From Candidatus Bathyarchaeia archaeon (GTDB taxonomy: Archaea; Thermoproteota; Bathyarchaeia; 40CM-2-53-6; CALIRQ01), in the NCBI GenBank assembly GCA_038843675.1, contig JAWBRV010000003.1:4908-68907 (forward strand): a stretch of DNA of 64,000 bases, read 5' to 3'. Below the pieces are notes generated by a model. That model was given only the letters and a program-made list of their open reading frames with translations, ran no database searches and was not told the DNA's origin. Every line of letters starts with the position of its first letter. Position 1 is the first letter of the stretch. Shown one piece after another: positions 38,274 through 48,518 of this stretch. A program made the position numbers and the translations under genes.

Positions 38274-38945
38274 ATGTTTGGCAAACCCTTCTGGCTGAAC
38301 CCCCCCTACGCCTTGCTCTTCGACCTAGTCCGCCTCCATAGGCTCAGGCCTTGGGACGTCAAGATAGCCGAGCTTCTCAACTCCTTCTTGGAGGAGATGA
38401 GGAATCGCGGGTCTATCGACTTCTACGCATCCGCTATAGCCCTCCTCTCCTCCTCCATAATCCATAGGATGAAATCCGAGCTGATCCTCAAGATGGAGGA
38501 GCCCCCGAGGCCTCCCCCAAATCCCGAATCCGAAATGGAGCGGATCCCGCTGCCGCCCCCCCTCCCATTGCCCCTTAAATTCGAATATGCTACGATCCCG
38601 ATTGAGGAGATCCTGAGGTCCTTGAGGGACGTGCTCCTAGATGAATCCTTATTGCTATCCGCGAGGGGGGGCCCAAGCTTTCCGCAGGCCAGCCCGCCAT
38701 CGATAGACGAGTTTTTGGTAAATATAGAAAAGAGGATATCCGAATTTTACAATGTGCTCATCGGGCTATATAGGGAACTTGGGGAGAGCATATCGTTCCT
38801 GAGGCTGATCAGCGGGCTCGGGCCATTGGAGGCCATAAGGAGATTCATAATGTTGCTATTCTTGGCCAACGAGGGCAAGGTCGAGCTATTTCAGGAGGAT
38901 GGCATCGGGGATATAAGGATAATCCCGAGGATCGAAGCCGGTTGA
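38274..38945 (+). CDS. scpA: Kleisin ScpA
   Basis: PWDV.I..L, K.E, F..LLFLA..G.V.L.Q; lies between smc and scpB. Confidence 0.88.
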   Translation: MFGKPFWLNPPYALLFDLVRLHRLRPWDVKIAELLNSFLEEMRNRGSIDFYASAIALLSSSIIHRMKSELILKMEEPPRPPPNPESEMERIPLPPPLPLPLKFEYATIPIEEILRSLRDVLLDESLLLSARGGPSFPQASPPSIDEFLVNIEKRISEFYNVLIGLYRELGESISFLRLISGLGPLEAIRRFIMLLFLANEGKVELFQEDGIGDIRIIPRIEAG

Positions 38946-39502
38946 AGGGCCGCCCAGATTCCAAGGACCCCGTGGCCCTGATCGAAGCCGCCCTTTACGT
39001 TAGCGGCCGCCCCTTGGAGATAAGCGCCCTCTCCAAGCTGGTTGGGAGGCCCGAGGGGGAGGTTAGGGGCCTCATCGAAAAGTTGGCGGAGAGATACGAT
39101 AGCTCGGGGAGCCCCATCCAGATCTTGAGGCTCTCGAATGATAGATATGTGATGCAACTGCGGCCAGAGTACGTGGAGTATGTTAAGAGGTTCTCGAACA
39201 AGAGGCTTTTGACCTTGGGGCCCCTGAGGTCGCTCTCGCTCATAGCCATTAGGCAACCGATTACGCAGGCCTATTTGGTCAAGGTTAGAGGGAAGCTCGC
39301 GTATCAACATGTGAAGAAGTTGAAGGAGATGGAACTAGTGGAGGAGGAGAGGATGGGGCGGACCAAGATCCTGCGGACGACTAGGATGTTCTCGGATATG
39401 TTCAACCTGAGCTATGACCTACCGACCATGAAAAGGCAATTGAAGGCCCTGCTGGGAGATAAAGCGGCCCAAGGGGGACAGGGCGTTAAAGAAAAATCTT
39501 AA
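38942..39502 (+). CDS. scpB: Kite protein ScpB
   Basis: IEAALYV, L..IA.RQPI, RG..H.K.L, TT..F...F. Confidence 0.92.
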   Translation: MKGRPDSKDPVALIEAALYVSGRPLEISALSKLVGRPEGEVRGLIEKLAERYDSSGSPIQILRLSNDRYVMQLRPEYVEYVKRFSNKRLLTLGPLRSLSLIAIRQPITQAYLVKVRGKLAYQHVKKLKEMELVEEERMGRTKILRTTRMFSDMFNLSYDLPTMKRQLKALLGDKAAQGGQGVKEKS

Positions 39503-39537
39503 ATCCCGCGCCCCGAACCGGGGATCGGGGCTTCGAT

Positions 39538-39930
39538 ATGTCGATGTGGCACGGCGACCTCCATAAGAGGAAGAAGACCGGCGGGAGGAGGAAGCCGTTC
39601 CGCGGCAAGAGGGCATTCGAGAGGGGCGGGCCCCCCTCCGAAACACGCCTCGGTGAGAGGAAATCCGTGAAGAGGAGGACGAGGGGGGGCGGCCTTAAGG
39701 TAAAGCTTCTTTCAACGAACGTTGCGAACGTCGTGGATACCTCCACCGGGAAATGCCAACTCGTTGAGATTAAGGGCGTGGTTAAGAATCCGGCCAATGT
39801 GGATTATCAACGTCGCGGTATAATAACAAAGGGCGCTATAATCTCCACGCCCTTGGGGAAGGCGAAGGTGACCTCGAGGCCGGGCCAAGACGGCGTGCTG
39901 AACGCAGTGCTCCTGAAGGATTTGGAATGA
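39538..39930 (+). CDS. rps8e: 30S ribosomal protein S8e
   Basis: KRKKTGG, RTRGG, NPAN and TSRPGQDG motifs. Confidence 0.97.
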   Translation: MSMWHGDLHKRKKTGGRRKPFRGKRAFERGGPPSETRLGERKSVKRRTRGGGLKVKLLSTNVANVVDTSTGKCQLVEIKGVVKNPANVDYQRRGIITKGAIISTPLGKAKVTSRPGQDGVLNAVLLKDLE

Positions 39931-39956
39931 AACTCCCTCCGGGATAGGCTTGGATC

Positions 39957-40250
39957 ATGAAGAGACCCGGGAAGATGGTCATCTGGCTGGAAAACCTCAA
40001 CTCATCCAAGAGCAGGGGACAGGGCAGGAAGATCCCGAAGAGCTTGGCCATAGATTCTCCAACATTGGAGGAGCTTGAGAGGGCCTCCTTGGAGTTGGGG
40101 CTCAAGGTAGATTCGAAGGAGCGCGCCTCTAGGCCTAGGAGCTGGTGGGAGAGGAGCGGGTATTTGATCGTGGACAGGGGCGGGAGGCCTAGATCGGAGA
40201 TCCTGAGGAGCTTGGCGATCGCCATTCGGAGGATGCGGGGAGGCACCTAG
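39957..40250 (+). CDS. srp19: Signal recognition particle 19 kDa protein
   Basis: VIW...S.KSR..GRKIP..LA...P; PR.W; follows rps8e. Confidence 0.9.
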   Translation: MKRPGKMVIWLENLNSSKSRGQGRKIPKSLAIDSPTLEELERASLELGLKVDSKERASRPRSWWERSGYLIVDRGGRPRSEILRSLAIAIRRMRGGT

Positions 40251-40639
40251 GACGGGGCGATCCTCTTGAGGACCTCCTCGCCCCTTTTCAGATCCGAGAG
40301 CTTCATGACGATTGAACCGTTCTCGGCCAAGGCCCCATAGGCATATTGTATATTGATCCCATTCCTCCCAAGCTCGGTCGAGAGCTTGAGGAGGAGGTCT
40401 TGGTCGACCGATCCCAAGACTAGGACTTCGCTCTCGGAAACCACGAAGGAGTCCCTCATTAGGCGCTCCTTTCCGCGATCCGGATCATTTAGCAGCAAAT
40501 GGATTATCCCGAACTCGCCGGCATCCGCTATCATGAAGGCCTCAACGCATACCCCCCTATCCCTAAGCGCCTCCAAGACCTTCGATAGCCTCCCTGGCTT
40601 GTTTTCGACGAAGACTGAGATCTGCCTCCTTATCCTCAA
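40247..40639 (-). CDS. Tandem ACT-domain protein
   Basis: QISVFVENKPGRL, IAD..EFGI, INIQYAY; usual partner of paaK. Confidence 0.88.
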   Translation of the reverse strand: MRIRRQISVFVENKPGRLSKVLEALRDRGVCVEAFMIADAGEFGIIHLLLNDPDRGKERLMRDSFVVSESEVLVLGSVDQDLLLKLSTELGRNGINIQYAYGALAENGSIVMKLSDLKRGEEVLKRIAPS

Positions 40640-41976
40640 TCCGCTGGCCTCCGGTCCAAGATCCTGACGGCCTTCCCCTCAGCCCTAGGCAAGGAGCCCG
40701 GCTCCGCGAGCTCCACGATCAAGCGGAGCCCTAGGACGTTCTCGAGCTCGGAGGCTATCCTCTCCCTCAGCTCCACTAGGTCCTTTAACTCCCCTTTGAA
40801 TATGTCCCCCGTGACCTCGATCCTTACCTTCAATTCGTCCATGTGGCCCCTCTTTTCAACCACTATCTGGTAATTGTTCCCGACCCCCGGCATCCTCATG
40901 AGGACGTGCTCTATTTGGCTCGGGAAGACATTGACCCCCCTTATCTTTATCATATCATCGGTCCGCCCCTTTATCCACGATATCCTCCTATGAGCCCTGC
41001 CGCATTCGCATACATCGTCATCTAGGATCATCGCTATATCCCTGGTCCTGTACCTGATCAACGGCATGGCCTCCCTTGAGAGGGTCGTTATGACCAGCTC
41101 CCCCTCCTCGCTAGGGGGGAGGCTCTCGCCCGTCTTCGGATCGATTACCTCCACGATGAAATGATCCGACCAAACGTGGAGCCCATCCTGAGCGATGCAC
41201 TCGAACGCTACCCCAGGGCCCCCGACCTCCGATAGCCCATAGGAGTTGAAGACCATACAACCGAATAGCTCCTCGAGCTTCTCCCTAGTGCCCTCGGACC
41301 AAGATTCGGCACCGCAGCTTATCGTCTTGACCCTTAGGTCCCTGCTGGGGTCGATGCCCATTTCGATGGCCGTCTCCCCCAAATAGAGCGCATAGGAGGG
41401 TATGCTCGTGAAGGCAGTGACCCCGAAGTCCTTCATCAGCTTGATCTGCCTCTTCGTTCCGCCCGTTGAGGAGGGCACCACTTTTGCGCCTATCAGCTCG
41501 GCCCCATAATGGAACCCGAGGCCCCCCGTGAATAGGCCATATCCCAATATTACTTGGAATACGTCCTCCGAGGTCACGCCGGTCATGGTGAGGCATCTCG
41601 CGATGCAATTGGCCCATATTTCCAAATCCCTCTTGGTATAGGCCACCACGGTCGGGTTCCCGGTCGTCCCGGAAGACGTGTGGATCCTCACGACCTTCGA
41701 GAATGGGACCGCCAAGAGGCCGAAGGGGTAATTGTCCCTTAGGTCCTCCTTCGTGGTAAATGGGAGCTTTCCCAAATCGTCTATGGATCTTATGGAATCG
41801 GGCCCTATTCCCCTATCCCGCAACAGCCTCCTATAAAAGGGGCTCCCCTCATATACCCTCTTTATGAGCCCCCTCAGCCTTTCGTTCTGAACCTCCTCTA
41901 TTTGCTTTGGACTCAGCCTCTCGGCCTCTGGCTCCCAGAAGGCGTTCTTTATCAATTCGCCCTTTGTCAGCCCCAT
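40636..41976 (-). CDS. paaK: Phenylacetate-CoA ligase family protein
   Basis: HTSSGTTG, YGLFTGG, YGLSE, RYRTRD and GRTDDM motifs. Confidence 0.93.
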   Translation of the reverse strand: MGLTKGELIKNAFWEPEAERLSPKQIEEVQNERLRGLIKRVYEGSPFYRRLLRDRGIGPDSIRSIDDLGKLPFTTKEDLRDNYPFGLLAVPFSKVVRIHTSSGTTGNPTVVAYTKRDLEIWANCIARCLTMTGVTSEDVFQVILGYGLFTGGLGFHYGAELIGAKVVPSSTGGTKRQIKLMKDFGVTAFTSIPSYALYLGETAIEMGIDPSRDLRVKTISCGAESWSEGTREKLEELFGCMVFNSYGLSEVGGPGVAFECIAQDGLHVWSDHFIVEVIDPKTGESLPPSEEGELVITTLSREAMPLIRYRTRDIAMILDDDVCECGRAHRRISWIKGRTDDMIKIRGVNVFPSQIEHVLMRMPGVGNNYQIVVEKRGHMDELKVRIEVTGDIFKGELKDLVELRERIASELENVLGLRLIVELAEPGSLPRAEGKAVRILDRRPAD

Positions 41977-43550
41977 TATTTGCCAGCCCGCCTCAGGAAC
42001 GGCCCGGTTAGGCTATCCTCGATGACCCTCTCCGGCGGCCTCTTGGTCGCCAAGCTAACCGCCACGAAGACCAAGGAGCTCGTTATGAATCCGAGGACCG
42101 CGTAATAGAATGGAAACCGGAATCCAAGCGGGGGAGGCCATATCCCGCCCCCGTCTATTATGCCGGCGACGACCGTGGACAAGAATCCGGATAACATCCC
42201 ACCGATGCAGCCCTCCCTGGTTCCCCTCCTCCAGAAGAGGCCTCCCACGAGGACCACGAACCACGTGGAGAACATCATGCCCAATGCCGCCCATATGAGC
42301 CAAGCGATCAATGCGGGAGGGGATAGCGCCGCCAATATCGTCAGGCAGCCCACTATCGCCACGACCGCCCTGCCTATGAGCATGATCGCCCTATCGCTAG
42401 CCCTTGGGTTGAGGAGGTTCTTGTAAAGGTCCCAAGAGAAGTTCGTCCCTATGGTCAATAGGAGCCTATCCGTTGTTGACATCACCGCGGCCAATATAAC
42501 CACCGCGAACAGCCCCCAGAGCATCGGCGGCACGGCGAACTCGATCATGACCGGGAGCACCATATCGGACCACTTCGCCCCAGGGACCACCGGATGGCTG
42601 GGTATATCGATTAGCCCCTTGCTCCAAGCCACCCTGCCGGCTATCCCCATCAATTTCGTCGAAGAAAGCACTATAGCGCCGAGTATGAACCCCGCGAGGG
42701 GCCCCCATTTTATGCATTTCGCATCCCTGAATGCGAATACGTTATTTATTATATGGGGCGCGACGCTGAGCCCTAGGAAGACCGATAGCCCAAAGAGCGT
42801 GAGGTTATAGAGGGGGGTCGTGAGGAACTCGAAACTCCCGAATGGCATATCCAGCCCCGGAGGTTTGAAGGGCCCTATGGGCTTGACGGTGCCAAGGGCC
42901 TCGTTCATGGATGCGAAGCCGCCGACGGAGCCCAATATTGGGGGCAGCATTAGGACCACTCCGATCACCAATATGAGGCCTTGGAAAAGAGTTGTCCAAG
43001 CGACCGCGAACAGCCCGCCCGCCATCACATATAGTATCACTATGGCCCCGGTGAGGAGCAACCCTTGCCAATATTCCCAACCCATTAGCACCTTTAATAC
43101 TATGCCTATGGCCACGTATTGCCCTATTAGGTATACTGCGGAAACGAATATCGATATTAGGCCCGATATCCCCCTAACCAACTTCGCGTCATAATACCTG
43201 AAGGCCAAATAATCCTGTAGGGTCGCGAACCCGAGCCTCCTTCCGACAGCATTCAGCTTAGGCCCGTATATGGCTGTGCATATCGCTATGGAGAGCGGGA
43301 CTGCCAGCTGTTCCCACCAAGTCTGATAGGCCGCTTGGAATCCCAGCCCGGCGACCCCCATGGCCGTCATCCCGCTCATGAGGGAGCCCGCCATCAACAA
43401 TACGTAGAGCCAGAAGCTTAACCCCCTTCCGGCGGTTGCGAAATCCAAGGCCGTCTTGACCTTTTTGGAGAAGGCCAACCCTATGGCCAACATGATGGCC
43501 AAATATATCGCTATCGAGAGCAATACAATCTCGGCCCTTCCCATGCTCAT
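41976..43550 (-). CDS. Sodium:solute symporter family protein
   Basis: About 13 TM segments; DF..AGR, T..DY...RY, GG..AV.WT...Q, AA.MST.D. Confidence 0.92.
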   Translation of the reverse strand: MSMGRAEIVLLSIAIYLAIMLAIGLAFSKKVKTALDFATAGRGLSFWLYVLLMAGSLMSGMTAMGVAGLGFQAAYQTWWEQLAVPLSIAICTAIYGPKLNAVGRRLGFATLQDYLAFRYYDAKLVRGISGLISIFVSAVYLIGQYVAIGIVLKVLMGWEYWQGLLLTGAIVILYVMAGGLFAVAWTTLFQGLILVIGVVLMLPPILGSVGGFASMNEALGTVKPIGPFKPPGLDMPFGSFEFLTTPLYNLTLFGLSVFLGLSVAPHIINNVFAFRDAKCIKWGPLAGFILGAIVLSSTKLMGIAGRVAWSKGLIDIPSHPVVPGAKWSDMVLPVMIEFAVPPMLWGLFAVVILAAVMSTTDRLLLTIGTNFSWDLYKNLLNPRASDRAIMLIGRAVVAIVGCLTILAALSPPALIAWLIWAALGMMFSTWFVVLVGGLFWRRGTREGCIGGMLSGFLSTVVAGIIDGGGIWPPPLGFRFPFYYAVLGFITSSLVFVAVSLATKRPPERVIEDSLTGPFLRRAGK

Positions 43551-43669
43551 GCGCGCTCCCCCTCCGCCTCGAACCAAAGGCCCCAAGCGATCAGGGCCAA
43601 GGTTATCAGCGCGGGCAACCCAAAAACCACGAAGGCCGTTATCAAGGGTAGGCCTAAAATCCTTTCCAA
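43547..43669 (-). CDS. Small membrane protein, likely symporter accessory subunit
   Basis: GGAGGTG ribosome-binding site 6 nt before TTG 43669; 40-aa hydrophobic ORF; ATGA overlap with the symporter. Confidence 0.65.
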   Translation of the reverse strand: MERILGLPLITAFVVFGLPALITLALIAWGLWFEAEGERA

Positions 43670-44155
43670 ATAAGCCACCTCCTGAGAGTTGTTTTCAAGC
43701 TCGGAGGCCGTCCCGCGGGAAGTCCCGAGAGGATTATTCCGAATATAGTCCCCACTATCCCCTCGAATACTCCAAAAACATCTTCGGGGGAAGTGGGGCT
43801 CAGCTTCGATGCGCGCTGCCACTATGGAGGCTATTCGTATAAACTAAATCCCCTCGAAACTCCCTGCGCATCGCCCAACCTCCGCGCATAGTTGGCGGTT
43901 GCAAGGCCATATATAAAATTTATTCGAAAAGCAGCGCGATGTTGATAAGATCAACCCCCTCCGCTTGCGAATTTTGAAATATTGGGAATAGGCGCGCGAG
44001 CCCTCGATATCTCATCGATGCTCGATTAAAAAATTCTTGAAAAGATTTATAATTTGTATTTATAAGCTTTTTTCAGATGATAAACTGGATGATGCAAAAT
44101 GTTATCTATCCAATGGGCCTCCTTAGGATCCGTTATTCAAAGGGGCTGCCGCGCG

Positions 44156-44692
44156 ATGTCCCAAAGGCCGGCCGATATCTGGTCTGCGCATGTTTACGCT
44201 GCGCTCGGGGTACTCTCCTATCTCTTCGGATTCCTCATATCCCTCGGCATATGCGTATGGTTCTGGTGGGCCTATTGGCCCTACCTTTACTCGGATATGA
44301 CCATATGGTGGTGGCCCGTCATAACGATCCCGGTTTATTACATAGCCGCTGGGATCACGGCTTGGACACTCTTCGGACTCATAATTTTCCTGCTGGTCTA
44401 TATAACCACCCTCAAGAGGATCGATGAGGGGAGGTTCGAGTCGGCCAAGACACCATGCCTCTTCTGGGCGATAGTGAGCCTCTTGACTGGCTCCCTCTTT
44501 GCCTCCATATTCTTCTTCTTGGCTTATACGAAGGCGGGGGAGCTCACGGCCAAGTACGGGCCCATCGCTATCCCGGCCTTGCTCGTCCCAACGCCTCCCC
44601 CCATCCAAACATGCCCCAATTGTGGCAACCCATTAACCTACGATGCCAAGGCCGGGCGCTGGTACTGCGGGGTTTGCTCCGTTCACCTATAA
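44156..44692 (+). CDS. Membrane protein with C-terminal zinc ribbon
   Basis: Three to four TM segments, Pro-rich linker, CPNC...WYCGVC. Confidence 0.75.
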   Translation: MSQRPADIWSAHVYAALGVLSYLFGFLISLGICVWFWWAYWPYLYSDMTIWWWPVITIPVYYIAAGITAWTLFGLIIFLLVYITTLKRIDEGRFESAKTPCLFWAIVSLLTGSLFASIFFFLAYTKAGELTAKYGPIAIPALLVPTPPPIQTCPNCGNPLTYDAKAGRWYCGVCSVHL

Positions 44693-44742
44693 AGGGGAAA
44701 AGCCCATAAGCGGCAGCATCGATAACTAAAGCGGGGGCTGAA

Positions 44743-45831
44743 TTGGCCTACTTTGGAGTCCTGAGACCGGACTCCATCGAGGTCCTTCGCGACGAGGCCT
44801 GCAGGGCTAGCCTATCGCGCTATTTCGACGTATTCGAGGGAAAGAAGCTGGCCAAGTTCCTGATATGCAAGCAAATCCCGGTGGATTTTCAAGAGGGGGC
44901 AGCGGAGGAGGAGCTATGGGGGCTTCACGAAAGGATCCTCTCGGACTTCCAAGAGTTCGAGAGAGCCCTCGATGCCAAGGGCCTTGACCCAAGCGCTCCA
45001 AAGAGGTCCTTTTTGGATCTGAAGATATGCTTGGCTCGAAGGATCCTCGAGGGCTGTAGGCTTTGCGAAAGGCGCTGCCGAAGGAACAGGGCCAAGGGGG
45101 AGCTCGGGTATTGCAAATGCGGGACTGAGATCCATGTCTCCTCCATATTCGAGCACTTAGGGGAGGAACCCGAGCTCGTGCCATCCGGCACAATATTCAC
45201 GAACGGTTGCACGATGGCTTGCCTCCATTGCCAGAATTGGTCCATATCCCAATGGTATGAGGTCGGGAGGCCCTATTCGCCCCAATTATTGGCGAGGGAG
45301 GTCGAGGCGCTGAGGGCTAGGGGTTGTAGGAATGCCAACCTCGTGGGCGGGGAGCCCACGCCTTGGCTCCCTCAATGGCTCGAGGTCTTCAAATACGTTA
45401 GGGAGAACATCCCGATCGTTTGGAATAGCAATTCCTACTATGGGGAGGAGGCGGCCAAGCTCCTCGCCTGCTTCGCCGATGTATATCTGCTGGACTTCAA
45501 ATATGGCCCAGGGGAATGCGCCGAAAGGATTTCCTCCGCTCCATCCTATTGGGAGGCGGCCACTAGGAACCTATTGGCCGCGAAGGAATACGGCGAGATA
45601 ATAGTAAGGATCCTCGTCCTGCCAAGCCATATCGAATGTTGCGCAAAGCCGATCTTGGAATGGATAGCAAAGAACCTAGGGACCGGGGCTAGGGTGAATA
45701 TAATGGATCAATATAGGCCCGAATGGAGGTATTACGAGGTGGAGGAGCTTGGCAGGAGGCTGAGGAGGGATGAGTTCCAAGAGGTCGTCGCATACGCGCG
45801 CCAACTCGGGTTAAGGAACTTCATAACATGA
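44743..45831 (+). CDS. pflX: Radical SAM protein, PflX family
   Basis: C.LC.R.C, GEEP.L.PSGTIF, CTMACLHC, GGEP and QYRP motifs. Confidence 0.9.
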   Translation: MAYFGVLRPDSIEVLRDEACRASLSRYFDVFEGKKLAKFLICKQIPVDFQEGAAEEELWGLHERILSDFQEFERALDAKGLDPSAPKRSFLDLKICLARRILEGCRLCERRCRRNRAKGELGYCKCGTEIHVSSIFEHLGEEPELVPSGTIFTNGCTMACLHCQNWSISQWYEVGRPYSPQLLAREVEALRARGCRNANLVGGEPTPWLPQWLEVFKYVRENIPIVWNSNSYYGEEAAKLLACFADVYLLDFKYGPGECAERISSAPSYWEAATRNLLAAKEYGEIIVRILVLPSHIECCAKPILEWIAKNLGTGARVNIMDQYRPEWRYYEVEELGRRLRRDEFQEVVAYARQLGLRNFIT

Positions 45832-45953
45832 ATTTCAATCAAATAGTTCGTTTGAATCCATTCGATCTAATTACATAGGCTTACATTTCTCTAACATGAA
45901 ATACCCCAATTTCATTTTATTTTTTGAGAATAATAAATTTTTTTAAGGATTTG

Positions 45954-47543
45954 ATGAGAGCAAGGGAACAAGAAGGGGTGCCTCCTTTGATAACATATGA
46001 TGAAATACGAAGATATATCGAAATGACGGCCTACTGGCCCCTCGAGTTTTGGCAACAATTCGAGAACGATTGGCTTACTTATCGAGTCATACCCGCCGCG
46101 AAGAGGAATCCGGTCTACGAGGACGTTGAGAATATACGGGATATTGAGGACTTGGAGGATTACCCAGCCATAGATTGGAAGGATATAGAGAGGAAGGCCG
46201 ATGAGGTTGGCGGGCTCGAGAAGCTCATAACGGCCGAGCCCGTGGCCTTTTGGAAATCATCCGGAACATCGGGGAGGCAGAAGATCATATGGGCATCAGA
46301 GGAGGATCTGGATATGCTGAGGAGGATGATAGGTAGGGTGATGTATAATTTTGGGCTCGGCCCAGAGACGAGGGCGCTCATCCTCGGGGCTCCCATGGGT
46401 TACGTTTCAATGACCGTCCCGATGCTTACGCTGAATTGGATAAAGGAGGCTGTGGGAGTGCCCTTTACCGAGTTGGGCGAAAATAGGCATAAGGTCTTCG
46501 ACAATGGCAGATTCGATATACTCTTCACACTCCCATATGTAGCCCACCTCTTAGCTTTGAGGGACGAGAAGAAGAGGCTCCTTAAGAAGTATGGGAAAAT
46601 CCCATTACTTTCCAACCTCATATTATTCATAGCACAGAAGAAGGTCGAAAGGGCATTCAAGAATTGCCAACTCTACATGTCCGGCGATTTTAGGACCGAT
46701 TTTCAAGACGAGCTCTTTACGGAGTTCTTCGGCAAACCCTCTTGCATGATCTACGCCTCTACCGAGGTCGTTGGGGGAGGCGGGGAATGCTTCTTGGAGG
46801 GGGAGAGATTCCATAAGGATAAGATGCACCCGGCCTTTGATAACTATGTCCCCCTTATAATACCATTGGAGGAGATGGAGAAGGAAAGGAGGGATCCGGA
46901 CTATGAGCCCAAGAAGCGCCTCCTGTGGAATGTACCGGATGGAACTATCGGCGAGGCGGTCTTCACGGCCAATTCCGATTGCTTCGTCAGGATAAACTAT
47001 AGGACGGGAGACGTTATAAAGAAAGTCCAAGACCCGCGAGATTGCCCGAAGGGATTGCCGGCCTTTGAGATGATGGGCAGGGCCTTGAGGAAGGTCGATG
47101 AGCCGGAGCTCGGCTTGGATGGATATGAGGCGACCATGGTAAAGGTGGCAGCAGCTCCCTTCTGCGTAAAATATGTCTTCGGGGCGCTTTCAAGGGTGAG
47201 GGAGAACGGCAGGATAAGGGATTGGTTCATGACGCTCCGATATAAGAGTGGAAAGCCCGAGGTCGTCCTATACATCGAAGCCGAATACCTGAGGGGCAAG
47301 GGAGCCCTCGAGGCCGAGATCCTAAAGGCTATGAGGGAGAGCATCGAACTTGAGCCCTTCTTCATAGTCACGGATATGGGGATGGCGGAGTTCAGGATAG
47401 AGCATTTGCAAAGGAATACGATGGAGGCGGTTAGGAATCAGAAGATCAAGGCCTTCCGCGCAGGGGACATACCGCTGGGTCGGCTGAAGATCCCGAAGCT
47501 TGTGATTGATCAGAACTACTTCAGAACCCAAGGCCTCTTCTAG
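45954..47543 (+). CDS. Divergent ANL-superfamily adenylate-forming ligase (GH3/PaaK-like)
   Basis: LITAEPVAFWKSSGTSG.QK, YASTE and NYRTGDV motifs. Start estimated. Confidence 0.7.
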   Translation: MRAREQEGVPPLITYDEIRRYIEMTAYWPLEFWQQFENDWLTYRVIPAAKRNPVYEDVENIRDIEDLEDYPAIDWKDIERKADEVGGLEKLITAEPVAFWKSSGTSGRQKIIWASEEDLDMLRRMIGRVMYNFGLGPETRALILGAPMGYVSMTVPMLTLNWIKEAVGVPFTELGENRHKVFDNGRFDILFTLPYVAHLLALRDEKKRLLKKYGKIPLLSNLILFIAQKKVERAFKNCQLYMSGDFRTDFQDELFTEFFGKPSCMIYASTEVVGGGGECFLEGERFHKDKMHPAFDNYVPLIIPLEEMEKERRDPDYEPKKRLLWNVPDGTIGEAVFTANSDCFVRINYRTGDVIKKVQDPRDCPKGLPAFEMMGRALRKVDEPELGLDGYEATMVKVAAAPFCVKYVFGALSRVRENGRIRDWFMTLRYKSGKPEVVLYIEAEYLRGKGALEAEILKAMRESIELEPFFIVTDMGMAEFRIEHLQRNTMEAVRNQKIKAFRAGDIPLGRLKIPKLVIDQNYFRTQGLF

Positions 47544-48382
47544 GGCCTGAAGTGGATCTCGAACTCACAAAAGTCGTTCCCCATGGCCGCGCACTTCAAT
47601 TCTGCTGCCTTCACCTTCTTCCCAAGTGCCTCCTCAAAGAACCCAGCGAGGAGGCCGCGGGTTACGTGGCATATTGGCCTTCCCTTCTTCCTCCCATCGG
47701 CCTCGAAGGAGCCGTAAACCCTCACGGAAGCATATCCCTCCTCGAGGTCGACGTTCAAGAACTCAACTACGCCCATCCCGGCGGATTTGAGATGATGCTT
47801 CAGCGCCCAAAGCTTCTCCTCAAAGCTCAGATCCCTGCTCCACGCCATTGTATCCACAAATCTCCTTAAAGCCCTCCCGTTCTCAAGCCCCATATTGAAG
47901 AATATGACGGCTGCCCCCGCTGGCGTGAGTATTTTTTCCATTCTATCCATTACGAAATGCACATGGGCCGCCCTGAAGAGAAGGACCCGGTTCTGGAGGT
48001 TCCTGATTGGGAATAGCATTGTTTCATAGGGGAGCGGCTTTGGCTCGACTATTTCTAATTCTTCAGCAACATCCAGCTCTCGGAGCCTATCTTTTAAGGA
48101 ATTGGCTTCGAAGGAGTCCTTGGGAAAAGCCAAAAACATGGCTAGGACCTTTTTCCCCGCATCCCATTCGGATCTATACATCTCCATATGCTTCACTTCG
48201 GCCCCGATCTCGTGGAGGAGCGTGAATATCTTCTTCAAGCAATCCGCCCTTTCCTTGAGGATGAGCAGGGCCTCCACCACCCTCTCGTCCTCTTCCGGGA
48301 ATATGAGCGTTTCGAGCTCCCTGGGGTAAAACGTCCTAACCTCCCTCGGGTATGCGGCTTTCAATTGCATATATGGATCCAT
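47540..48382 (-). CDS. ACT-like plus V4R domain protein
   Basis: N-terminal ACT-like segment; C-terminal G...G, SFE, CHVTRG...E..C...G...CEF. Confidence 0.85.
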   Translation of the reverse strand: MDPYMQLKAAYPREVRTFYPRELETLIFPEEDERVVEALLILKERADCLKKIFTLLHEIGAEVKHMEMYRSEWDAGKKVLAMFLAFPKDSFEANSLKDRLRELDVAEELEIVEPKPLPYETMLFPIRNLQNRVLLFRAAHVHFVMDRMEKILTPAGAAVIFFNMGLENGRALRRFVDTMAWSRDLSFEEKLWALKHHLKSAGMGVVEFLNVDLEEGYASVRVYGSFEADGRKKGRPICHVTRGLLAGFFEEALGKKVKAAELKCAAMGNDFCEFEIHFRP

Positions 48383-48518
48383 TTATTTTTATTAACTATA
48401 CTAATATTTTAAATTTTCCAGTATGATAGGCTAAAAGGTAGGTTGGGGCCATTTAGGGCGGCGGAGATGCTAAAGGCGCTGGCCCCCGATCCTCCAAGAG
48501 GGGCGCGCGGCGGAGGAT

